From Phoronis australis (taxonomy: Eukaryota; Animalia; Phoronida), in NCBI GenBank assembly GCA_002633005.1, contig NMRA01000046.1, positions 304,510 to 368,509 of the forward strand: a stretch of DNA of 64,000 nt, written 5' to 3'. The notes beneath the pieces were generated by a model, which was not told the origin of the DNA, searched no databases, and saw only the letters and a list, made by a program, of their open reading frames with translations. Shown piece after piece: positions 26,701 through 37,898 of the stretch (its first letter is position 1; each line of letters opens with the position of its first letter). Both the position numbers and the translations under genes were made by a program.

Positions 26701-29700
26701 TTTATGCAAGTTAAAATTGATTGTAACTTAGAGATTTTTTAATCATTGGAGGGGAATTTTTGGGCTTGATGAGGGTGATTTTCGGTGATTTTTAATTATT
26801 TCCAGAGAGTAATCGTGCCATTATTCAGTCCCAAAATTTCAACATCCAGGGCACTGTCAATGTAGGCACTCTGAGGCAGCAATCTTGTAACATTAGAAAT
26901 TAATGAGTTTAATTTTGTCTCCTGGAAGAACATGCGATGCTCGTCACTTGGCGTAATGCAGGGATATTCCTGAACTGCACCTTTGAAAAATATAACATTG
27001 CAAATACGTTGCAGCATAGTCTGCATGCATCATGGTTGAGTCCTGTTGGTTTTTGCCGAACAGTTCTAATCCTTGTTTGTTTATTTCCTGTTGTGTACCA
27101 AAGGTATTCAATTTTAGATTTTTTATAAATTTTAAGAAAATCTGTGGTCGTATGGGCAAGAACTGGGTACATATGTACTGGGTGTGGTTTCATGGGTCTG
27201 GATACACACGTATACAGTAGATTTCTGCCTAAAAGGGTTGTTCAATATCTCTGGGGCATTTCACATCTTCACATTTGTTTGCTCTCAGGTACCAGCGTTG
27301 CTGCACGCATGTCCTTTCTCTTCACGCTTGTTTGTTCAAATTTGATAATTATCTGCACAGGTCAGCCAAAGGTCAAATGATGACTTGCTGATCTCTGTTC
27401 AGTAATTTTCCATGATGCAACAAAAGCGTATATTGTCCCATACCTGGTATTTTCTCTTTTATTTCCAGACAAACTTTGTGACCAAGTCAGTGATGCTATC
27501 CTGGATGCTCACCTGGCTCAGGACCCTTATGCTAAAGTTGCTTGTGGTAAGCTTTGATGTTCTGTGAAAAAAAATAATTTTGATTTTTATGCGCCCACAT
27601 ATTTATATGGGGACGCATTATGCCGTGATCTCCGTCTGAGCGGCGTCCGGCGTACGCTGCTTTATCTCCAAAACCCTTTGACATACGTTCATGAAATTTG
27701 GCACATATGTTCCATTCATGAATGGGACGGCATGTGCGAACTTTCGGACGGATCCGATTACCGGTGTGCCCCCTAGTGGCAATTTTAATTTTTTACGTTT
27801 ACCTTTTTATCTTCAAAAGTCCTGAACGGATTTTCATGAAATTTGGTATGTAGGCACCTATTAGTGAGATGACGCTATCCTTCCGTTTTCAGATGGATTC
27901 GACATAGTTTGCGCCACCTAGTGGCCATTTTTAGTGTTTTCGAGTCTGTTTTTGTGCGTCCACCCCTCTATCAACCAAACCGCTCAAAGGATGATTGTGA
28001 AAATTGGCATGTATATGCTTACTACGTAGAGGACGGTTGACGATGATTTTCCGACGATTGCGACTACTGTGGCTCCTCCTAGTGGCAGTTCTTTTTTTTT
28101 TTGCGCCTATGGCTGTATCTCCTAAACCGTTTGCAGGATCTTAACGAAACTGTGTAAGTATATTTATNTTTTTTTGCGCCCATGGCTGTATCTCCCAAAC
28201 CGTTTGCAGGATCTTTACTAAATTTAGCAAGTGTATTTATGTGATGTTGACAACGGAGGATGACTACTTTTGGATGATTCTGACTACCGGTATGCCTCCA
28301 GTGGCAATTTTAGTATTTTACATTGACCTCTGTATTTTCATAGGTCTTCAGGTGTATACTTTGCGTTACTTCCTGACTATGAAGGAAAAGTTCCAAGTAG
28401 AAATTTGTTTCTGGCATTCTAATGCTGTGCTAATCCCGTATGTTGGTTAATTTGTTTTCAATTCTATGTTTCTGTGGTGCTTTAAGCAACTGATGTATAG
28501 GATGTGCTTGTATTATGAAGATCACTCACATTTTGCCCCTAGCCTATTGAGGAGACAATGACCATGCCTTTCCATTTTGCAAATTACAACATACTACATA
28601 TATGCCCTCTTCTGGCCACTTTATGGTACCAATAAACAACCCTAGAAGGATACCGTATACGGTGCAACTGTGGGCGCATTTCAATGCTCTGCGTTGCTCT
28701 TGTTTCCATTATGTAAGAGGCTCATGTAGAGGTTTTAGCAGAGCATTACACTGTTTGTTAATGTTTTGCAGAGAGCGTCTCCAAAACTGGCATGATTTTG
28801 GTATGTGGTGAAATCACTTCAAAAGCACATGTGGATTACCAAAAAGTTATCCGTGGTGTCATAAAAGACATTGGCTATGATGATGGCAAAAAAGGTAAGT
28901 GCTTTAGCATTGCTTTTTGTCAAGCACATTCCCTTGTCTATCCAAAGCATTAAATGTGAAATGTCTGCTGCAAATGTTCGTAACACTGTTGGTCTTTGTT
29001 AAAACTATTTGGATAGTCAAACTCTACTATCCCATTGCAGGTTTTGACTACAAGACTTGTAATGTGCTAATAGCCCTTGAAGAACAGAGCCCAGACATTG
29101 CATTTGGTGTTCATGAAGACAGGCATGAGGATGACATTGGTGCTGGAGACCAGGTAGGTTGACAGTTGCTGTATTCTAGATAATTCTCTGCTGAATATTC
29201 TTTCTCTAGTTTAAGTCAATTTTTCTGGTCATGTTTGGCTCTGTTACAGTCTTCATGTTTTTACTTTTAAAAGAATAATACTGTCACTCTGATGTTTAGA
29301 TATGTTTATGTCAGCTGTACCCTTAATTCTGTTCAGGGTCTAATGTTTGGCTATGCCACTGATGAGACAGAGGAGTGTATGCCTTTGACAGTTGTTCTGG
29401 CCCATCAGCTAAATGCCAAAATTGCCGAGTTGAGGCGCAGTGGTGTACTAGCTTGGGCGAGACCGGACACAAAAACACAGGTTTGTAATTTAGACTTTTC
29501 AGTTGAACACTGTGGAGTCTATTTAAAAGTTGAGATTGCTTGCTGCCCAGATGGGTATTGTTTTCAATGTATTTGCTTTTATATGGAAAGCATTTGAATT
29601 CTTGGGTTGATAGTATACTGTCGCTGCTGCTACTGTTTTGGTCATTGTGATACTTAAATGTGGTAATTATTTTAAATGGTGTATTGTATTATTAAACAGG

Positions 29701-32700
29701 TTACCATGGAGTATACTATTAGTGGATGTGCTTCAGAAAGTCAGCAGGTCTGAGGCATTTGTTTCTTGGGTTACTACAAATTGTTTTGTTGCACTAAAGC
29801 CATTCTTTCTTGAAACTGAACTCCTTCTTCGTGTTGTGGTTATTGTATTGTTTTTGACTAAAGTTCCTTTCAACAACATGTTTCTGTCTAAAAAGCAACC
29901 TATTAATCGCTTGTTTAAAACAGCACTTCGTGCATTGCACTGGTAAAAACGAAAATTGAAGTGGGCCTTTTACTCTCTTACAATCAATATCATAATCCTT
30001 ACCATTGATAGGATTCTGGCTTTGTTATCAACTCAGTTCAGAGGAAACTAGTCAAAAATAGCATTCTATCACCAATGGCATTGAGGTGTAATTCGACTTT
30101 TGTTTGTATGCACCCACATTTTATACTCCTACATAGGTGAATTATGCTGTCATTCCTGTCTATCCGGCGTCCACTGCTGTGTCTCCAAAACCTCTTCATG
30201 GAGGTTTGTGAAGTTTTGCAGTGCTGTTCCTATCGTTTTTGGTATCTGTCTCTATCGGCCAAAGCACTTTGTTAAAGGATGATTGTGAAAACTGGTTTGT
30301 GTTTCTCCTTGTAGAAACTTTCTTAAATTTGGAAAGTATGTTTCTATGAAAGTTGCAACAAATGGTGCCTTGTTTCGGACAGATTCAACCTCCACTGTGC
30401 CCCCTAGAGGCAAAAACTTTCTTAAATTTGCAAAGTATGTTTCTATGAAAGTTGCAACAAATGGTGCCTTGTTTCGGACAGATTCAACCTCCACTGTGCC
30501 CCCTAGAGGCAATTTTATGTTTTCTTAAACTTCACTGTTCCTCGACAAATTTTCCTGATACTAGACCTAAAGGTTTCTAGTAAAGAGACGATAACACTTT
30601 CACATGTTCAAATCTGTTTGCCAGCTAGTGGTCATTTTAATTATTCTTTAGTCTGGTTTTTGGTATCTGCCTGCTAAATCACTCTAAGGATCATTACAAA
30701 AATTGGCATGTGTTCATTTTGGGAAGTACATGGCAGACACTGATTTTTAATGGGTCCGACTGTGGCCCACCCTCTTCTTTGTGGTTCAATACAAGTTCTT
30801 TGATGGATCTTCATGAATTTTGACATGTGCTTCTATAGGGGGAAGTGCAGCTGAAGTAGATTTCAAACAAATATTGCAGAATCACTTGATTGCAGGGCTC
30901 AACATTAACTTTTTAAGCCACTTGCTCTTCGGGCAAGTAGCTGAAATTTTTACTTGCCCGAACAACAAACTCACTTGCCCCAAGTACAATCTCAAATAGC
31001 ACCGTGCATGTGCACATGCACCAAGGTAATGTGTTACAGTAGGGCTGTCTGTGCTGAGCCTCCTCTAGTGTTGTGTATGCTATATACTTGAGTTGCTATA
31101 TATTTTTAACGATTCTTCTTCTAGAAACCTTTATATATAAGGTGTGTCAAGACACTAAAGAGACAAATTAGCAGAATAACAATGTTATCTAAACCATTGT
31201 CTCACGCTCACAGGCGCCGAAATGATCTAGGACACGAACTCTAGACACTTCTGTGTATTCATATAGTTTATACGCCCCCATGCATTAAATTAGTCTGGAT
31301 TTGTTTTGTTGTCAAACCTGAGGCTATCGTAAAAATCTTGCACAGTTTTGGTCACCGGCACTTTGTATTAGTTTAAAATCAAGTTTTAACATATAATAAT
31401 GCCACATATACTTTATTTTCAATAAATAATCACATTTTTGAAAAATAAATGGACCACGAAAAAGTCACCCTTTTGAGTGACAATCCTGAAGGGCCGTATT
31501 CCTCTTTTGGAGTCGCCACCGGGAGCCGGGAATTCATAAGTTTCCTTTGGAATTTTCCCGAATAAATACCAGGCCTGTAAAACTGCTGTATAGTGTAGAA
31601 AATATGTGGTCAATCATTCACTTTTTAGCTTTTGCGCTTATCTGTATGACTTAATCCGCATTTTGCCAGAGTGCAGACGATCAGTAGTATCACGTGACAG
31701 CTTATTCAGAAACTGCAGCCTCCCCTTCAGTAACGCTAAGACCTCGCGCAAAAAGCAAGACTTCGCAAGATTACGTGAGATAATGCTATGTATTTTAAAT
31801 GAAATCCCGTGACATTGGCTAGATTTTAGCTAGGTTCTAGCGCAGGTCCTAGCGTTACTGAACGCCAGGGCTCGTTCAGAGAATCGAAAGGATTTGACCG
31901 CGTACGTCACATGTGCACGCAGCATCTCACTCGTTCAATTTTCCTTACGGTGCTCATTCGAAGACGGGAGTTTCTGTGACGGCCACGGGGGGGTTTTTGA
32001 CAGTATTTAAGTTTGTGTTGAGGTTCGTTACTTCAGAACAAATCTCTAGCAGACAATCTTAGGGTCTACTTGCCTATGCGGCCAGCTTTTTAACTTGCCC
32101 ATCGGGCAGGTAGTTTTCAAATTCCACTTGCCCGAGGCAAAATCTACGGGCAATCTGGCAACCGTTAGTGTTGAGGTAATTTTTTTAGCATTCGTCTCCC
32201 AAGTTCCTTGATGGGTTTCATGAAATTTGGCAAGTAGTTACTGTCACATAGTAAACAGCATCTTGCCTGTCTGTTGCACACCGTAGTGGAGTTTCTTTTG
32301 TTTGCGTGTTCTTTGTCTTATGCCTCCCTTTCATCCAAACTTCTCGGATCATTATGTGAGGCAGCAGTTGTATTGGAACATTTCTGACTTGGCTTTGCAT
32401 CCTCTTGAGGTTAGTATTGAGTTAATAAGCATTGCTGTGCTCAATAAGAATGTTTAAATACTAATCATCTCTTGTGTCTGCGATGCACATAGTGGGTGTA
32501 TATCAATGACCAATGTTGTGGTTAAGCAAGCTGAAATTAAGCTTTCATTGTTACATCCATTAACAATTTTCTTACAATGTGCAAACTGGTGGGTGCTGGG
32601 TTTCGCTTTTTATTGGTTTAAAGGTTTATCACATGGAGAAGGCAAATATAAGTTTCTTGCAATTCTTATCATAATTCATATGGTAAGTAATTTAAGTTCC

Positions 32701-35700
32701 TTTTGGATCTCAAGAAAGCTGTTAAAGGACACCAGTTTGTCAATAAGGAAACAACTACATTGATTAGAAAAACGAATTATATCATGCTCTCAAGGGTGGT
32801 GATAACCTGTTTGAAGGAAATTCCTAATTTTTGTCGTTTTGCCAGAACATAAGCACCTTCAACTTATGGAAAAATCAAGTGGTCAAAACTCGTGGATTGC
32901 TGTTACCAGACGTTATCGTCCTTCTCTTTAGTATGACTATAGTGAAGTCCTTCATTTTGCTTGACAAAATCTTGTGGTCAGTTCATGTGCACCCTAGGAT
33001 TACTTCTTGTCAGTGAGTTTTGTCTCATCATTGTCTGTATTGGATATTTGAAGTGGTGGGCTTTTGTTTACTTAATTGCGTGTTTGTTTGATAAAAGTGG
33101 TATTACCTCTCAGAGAATAATGATTTTGGACTTGAGCAGTTACTGCTGCATTTCGATTTCCTACTGTGTGACTCCATTATGGCATTTACAAAGCCTCTTG
33201 TCAGTGAATCTCCCAGTAGTTCATAACAAGTATCCACAGCATTTTCACAGGAAAGAACCAATGGGGCCACTTATGAACGAAAGGTAATACAAATGAAGAG
33301 AATCTCCTGAAAGTGTGGTCATTGTAAATAATCTCCATGAATTTTGTGACCTCCTAGGGTTTTGGTCATTCTCAGTATGAAATTGAACATTTTACAAAAA
33401 TGGTATCTAGTTACCTGATGGGTAATTAGGCTCTACCATTTGACTAGATATTGATAAAGACCGTTAATTCCTCATTAAAATATAAATGGCGGGTCATAGC
33501 CTCTAAAAACATTGGTGAACCGGTTTCTATCAATGTTAACATTATTGCGTTTTTCATTACAGGTAACAGCAGTGCACAAGTACATCAAAGGTGCCTGTGT
33601 TCCGCAGCGAGTGCATACCATCGTCATATCCTGCCAGCATTCTGAGGATGTCACTAATGAGCAGATTCGCTCTGACCTAATGGAAAAGGTCATCAAACCT
33701 GTTGTGCCTAAAAGGTACCTTACCTCCGACACCATTTTCCATTTGAACCCATCTGGACGTTTTACTATTGGCGGACCTCAGGTAAGGCTCAAGCTGCCAG
33801 GTTAACTGTGAAATTGATTTCCTAGGACATTATTAGTATGTCAGGTCAGGTCATTGGTAACCTGTGTGCAGTGCAAACATGTTAAAATTGTGAGTTTACC
33901 AACCTAGGGATTTGAGGGTTATGTTATTTTCCAGTGTTCTAACAAAAATTTCACACTCGAAAAGTGATTTAAACTGTCAAACCCAATGGTAGATAAACTG
34001 AAAATTTTAAACTGTCCGCTCTTATTTATGGACTACACACTTGCAAGTGAAAGTTATTGCACTTGTGTAACTGATGGTGCGTGCAAATTTTTGGGCACCT
34101 TGGATTTCCCTGTTTTTGGAAATTGAAAATCGGTGCCTCTACATTGTTCTGTTTTCAGATGTTTCTTTTCGTAACCTTTCCTAGCATTTATTTTTTTGAC
34201 ATTTGCTTGGTGTTGAATAAAGTTGTTAAATTTCACATTATAAAGCCTGCTATGAAGTTTTGTCTGTTGGTGGTGTTTCAGGGAGATGCCGGTTTGACTG
34301 GCAGAAAAATTATTGTTGACACCTATGGTGGTTGGGGTGCTCATGGTGGCGGTGCCTTCTCTGGAAAGGATTTCTCTAAAGTTGATCGTTCTGCAGCCTA
34401 TGCCGCCCGTTGGGTCGCCAAGTCGTTGGTGAAAGCTGGTCTGTGCAAGAGGGCATTAGTGCAGGTAGGTCACATACTAAAAATGAGGCTGTGCGATGAA
34501 GAAGCTGAAATTAATATGCTTAATAGAATTATGCTTGTCTTACTAGCCATACCAGTCGTATCGATTTTGCAGCCTGCAGCTTGCCAATGCAACCTCAGAT
34601 TCAGTTTGGCGACCGGGTGAAAATTTCAAGTCGCCATTATGTTGCCAGATTTTTGCGGATTGCAACAAAGTCAACAGCAGTCGTACAAACAAGAATTCAC
34701 CTGCAATTCACTTCAGAGGTTGTATTGACTTTCAAACAATAAATGGCGTTTTTCCCTAAATACAATTGTACCTTGTGTTCACAGTTGTCCTTGTTATGTT
34801 CCTTGTATAGGTGGGACAGCGTGAGGGAATTTTCAGACGGATCCAATTACTGATGTTGCATTTTTAGTTTTTTACATTTGCCTCTGTATCTTTGGTGTTC
34901 CTTAACAGATTGTCATGAAATTTGGCGAATAGGTAGGAAGATGACGCCACTTTCACATTTTCCAATGGATTTGAGGTATTTTGCCCTACCTAGTGGCCAA
35001 TTTTACTGTTTTCGATACTGTTTTTGCCATCTGCCCCTCTATAGACCAAACCATTGAAAGGGTGATTATGGATATCGACAGATATGTTCTTACTGGGAAG
35101 ATGACGGCTGATGATTTTCAGGGTGCTCAGTCTACAGTGGCTCCTCCTAGTAGCAGTTGTGTTTTGTTTTTGTTTTTTTGCATCCAAGGCTGTATCTCCT
35201 AGATCCTAAGCAGACTGTTAAATTTGGCTAGTGTATATATATGAAGGTGACAACGGCTTTCGGATATATCCAATGACCACTGTGCCCTCTGGTGGCAATT
35301 CCATTTTTCTCTGTTTTCCTCTGTATCTTTGGAGATCCTTGGTAGATTTTTATGAGGTTTCTTTTAATGAGGCGATGACACCCGTTTGTTTTCAGATGGA
35401 TTTAATGTAGTGTATGGTAATCATCCCTTACATCTACGCTATATGCGATGCACATGGTGGATGCATATCAATGCTCTGCGTTAATCGTGTCTTGCGAATC
35501 TTGCCAGGTTACATATGACGAGTTGACATTATGTTAACAGTCTAGCCATATTGTGTAGCCTGGCAACAGTTCCTTCCTTTCTGTGGTTAATTGTAGTTTA
35601 TCTTCATTTCAGTTGTCCTATGCCATTGGTGTCGCTGAACCTATTTCGATAACTGTGTTCAGCTATGGTACTTCTGACAAGTCTGAAAAGGAGTTGCTGC

Positions 35701-36868
35701 AGATTGTCAAGAACAATTTTGACCTGCGTCCAGGTGCTATAGTTAGGTGAGTTAAAACTAAGGTGTAAAATTAATAGTGACATTGCGTGAAACAGCTATC
35801 TCTAATTATTACAACTACCCTTCACTTGAGCATGTTGCAAGTTACTCGTACGTAAGATTTGAGTAAGTGCTTTTCCCGTAAAATCTGAATCAAAATGTGG
35901 GTGGCTAATAGAGGATAATGTTATATTAAATTACTACCGTAGTAAATTAAAGTGTTGTAAAAATGTTGTTTTTATCCATAGTTTCTCACATTGGGTATTA
36001 TTGTCTGTACTGCCCAAAAACTCCATGTACACTAACCCAAGTTTTCATGCATTGATATCTCCATTGAGTTTTTGCTGCTCAATGATCCATTTCCAAAATG
36101 TTTACTAAATGATCCGTACTCGTTGGGATCTGAATGACTCAGTCTACCAGCATAGTTACGTTTATGAGCAACTACTTTCATTTGAGGTACACAGATTGAT
36201 GTTAGAGAAAGCACTACCAGACCAGTTTACTGTGTAGACACAATAGGTTGACCTGGCTTGTGCTCACCATGATACAGCTAGAGTTCTTAATCATCTGAAT
36301 GCCCCTTATGTATTGACAGACTAGATGGAAATGTACTGTTGTGAAGACTAGTGTAGCTGTACATCAGAGTGTTTCAATGATTCGCTAGCTCCTTATCTCA
36401 TTTTTAACTATATCATTGTAGCGCTTGTGGTGAAGTCACATTTGGTGACCAAACAAAATCCCCAGTCGCCAAAACTGAAAATCCCCAGTCGCCAAATGAA
36501 ATCTGAGGTTTTCGATTTGGCTTACAATCATTCTCTAACCGACCCAAACTTTGAAACTAATTTAGTTCATTTAATTTAATTAAGCAAAAATATGCTTTTA
36601 ATATAACCTCTATGATATTGATATGGATGTGTTTCAGCTGTCATAATTACTGGAAATTTTTGTAGTTCTCATAACTTGCCATGGTATTTTTTCCTCATAA
36701 CTTACGAGTTCTTATAAGCTGCCGCGTTCACTTGGTAACAAACAAAATGACTCTTACCCTTTCAGAGAGCTAGAACTGCGCAAGCCTATCTATCAGAAGA
36801 CTGCATCCTACGGCCATTTTGGACGCCCAGGCTTTACGTGGGAAGTCCCCAAGAATCTGAAATTCTAA
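23541..36868 (+). CDS. MAT2A: S-adenosylmethionine synthase (methionine adenosyltransferase), 9 coding exons, 418 aa
   Basis: Exons 23541-23700, 27469-27546, 28772-28894, 29041-29153, 29337-29480, 33563-33781, 34282-34464, 35613-35746 and 36766-36868 join in frame (1257 nt). Motifs: [54 protein letters not shown]. The symbol denotes the MAT1A/MAT2A family (invertebrate SAMS). Confidence 0.97.
24137..25612. mobile_element. hAT-like non-autonomous element, TIR TAGGGAGGACAA, 7-bp TSD CCAAAAC, with nested MITE at ~24589-24747
   Basis: Perfect 12-bp TIR; CCAAAAC directly on both flanks. Confidence 0.85.
27469..27546 (+). CDS. MAT2A: SAM synthase exon 2
   Basis: 78 nt, [26 protein letters not shown]. 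Confidence 0.95.
27584..28704 (+). mobile_element. Near-complete HINE-like element in MAT intron 2
   Basis: 5' TTTTATGCGCCCAC and 3' GTGGGCGCAT sub-terminal inverted repeat, terminal hairpin ending CTTGTT, ~150-bp internal tandem units; assembly N at 28168. Confidence 0.75.
28772..28894 (+). CDS. MAT2A: SAM synthase exon 3
   Basis: 123 nt, [28 protein letters not shown]... Confidence 0.95.
29041..29153 (+). CDS. MAT2A: SAM synthase exon 4
   Basis: 113 nt, [21 protein letters not shown]...GAGDQ. Confidence 0.95.
29337..29480 (+). CDS. MAT2A: SAM synthase exon 5
   Basis: 144 nt, [16 protein letters not shown]...RPDTKTQ. Confidence 0.95.
29700..29753 (+). pseudogene. Decayed duplicate of the 5' part of SAM synthase exon 6 (pseudo-exon or possible poison exon)
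   Basis: Phase-0 AACAG acceptor followed by [17 protein letters not shown], which aligns without gaps to exon 6 [17 protein letters not shown] and to the family consensus VTxEY....GA..P.RV. Confidence 0.55.
30095..32500 (+). mobile_element. Older HINE-like copy (with a 99-bp tandem duplication at 30315-30512) interrupted by a hAT-like MITE
   Basis: Homology to 27584-28704 at ~30095-30880 and ~32180-32500. Confidence 0.6.
30893..32175. mobile_element. hAT-like MITE (CAGGGCTCAACATTAAC ... GTTAGTGTTGAG)
   Basis: Terminal inverted repeat plus repeated sub-terminal ACTTGCCC/GGGCAAGT motifs at both ends; right tip truncated. Confidence 0.7.
33563..33781 (+). CDS. MAT2A: SAM synthase exon 6
   Basis: 219 nt, [26 protein letters not shown]...[12 protein letters not shown]. 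Confidence 0.95.
34282..34464 (+). CDS. MAT2A: SAM synthase exon 7
   Basis: 183 nt, [30 protein letters not shown]...LVQ. Confidence 0.97.
34790..35490 (+). mobile_element. HINE-like element in MAT intron 7
   Basis: Colinear with 27720-28700. Confidence 0.7.
35613..35746 (+). CDS. MAT2A: SAM synthase exon 8
   Basis: 134 nt, [13 protein letters not shown]...FDLRPGAIV. Confidence 0.95.
36766..36868 (+). CDS. MAT2A: SAM synthase exon 9 (stop)
   Basis: [33 protein letters not shown]. Confidence 0.95.
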
Positions 36869-37892
36869 GCATGCGTTTTACAACGATTGTTATATTTAGA
36901 TATTAGAATTCCGTAATAATGTGTTAAGGCGGTTGACAAATTTTACGTGAGCCACAGTAGTTGTTAGGACAACGAAACTTTGACAATTGTTTGTCAAAAC
37001 AACTCTTTTGTTGAAGTAATGGGTGCAAAAATCACATGGATAGGGATACTGAATATGACAAAGAATGGTGTTATGATGTGGCCAGCAGCTGGTGTATTGG
37101 ATTTGTTTAGTGTGCAAGTCTGCTCCAAATGATACTGGGTTCATGCGTATGGCTAATCCTTTGCTCTTTGGGTTGCTATATGATGGCCTAGTATCTCTTT
37201 TGACCATACGTGGCACAGGATTGATGGCACACCATTCTTTGACGTATGTCGGCTTCTCACAGTGTGGAGGCAGTAGTCTAGATCTGACTCCTGCCCCTGC
37301 ACTGTGCTGGATGTATTGTCAGACTTGAAGTTGGTCCTTTTAACTGCTGCAAATCTACTGCTTGTAGGCTTTGCATTTGTCTTGTGTTTATGAAGATTCA
37401 ATGGAAAAGAGCACTATTTATAAACACTCGGGCTCACGTGTTATCCTCCTGAATATTATTTTTACACTGTTTATATACTTGTAGATTTTAATACACTTCG
37501 TTTTCTTGACTTGTAAATAACTGCTGTTAGGGACAGACCAAGGACATTACTAATTGTACTCTTAACAGTGGGTTGATTTTGAGGTAGTTTCATGTGTGTG
37601 TATTAACCCGGTTGAAGTGGCTCCATTGATATATATATTTATGTATATATACTTAAAATGCACAAACCGAAGGTTGAGTAATTCCAGTCACACTGTCTCC
37701 TTTTTGGGGATACTTGTCTTGTTGGTACTATGTGCTTGTGGTGGAGCACTTTTGGTTGGTATTCGTTGCTTACCAGTCAATGATTATATGGGTATATTGA
37801 ACATTAATTTGTTGCCATTTTTATCTGTTAACTGAAGGAATTTGGAGATGTACATGTTGTTACAAACATTCTGTAAATGGTCATTTACCACA

Positions 37893-37898
37893 AATAAA
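37893..37898 (+). terminator. Likely polyadenylation signal of SAM synthase
   Basis: AATAAA about 1 kb after the stop, at the end of a T-rich 3' UTR with no recognised repeats. Confidence 0.55.

Noticed and set aside
28093-28240. Short duplication inside the HINE
   Set aside because: Junction is an N (28168); likely an unmerged contig overlap.
32840-33016. Possible second remnant of a duplicated MAT exon 6 (QLMEK..VVKT, VHVHP)
   Set aside because: Needs several frameshifts, spacing does not fit, and it is indistinguishable from chance by eye; worth including in a tblastn check.
34081-34620. 179-aa ORF as a standalone gene
   Set aside because: Only 34282-34464 is MAT exon 7; the rest is intron read-through.
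37251-37272. IRE-like CAGTGT loop in the MAT 3' UTR
   Set aside because: No bulged C five bases 5' of the loop, and the closing pair is mismatched.
37349-37376. 3' UTR hairpin containing GUAGGCU as in MAT2A hairpins
   Set aside because: Lacks the ACAGAGAA core required by METTL16.
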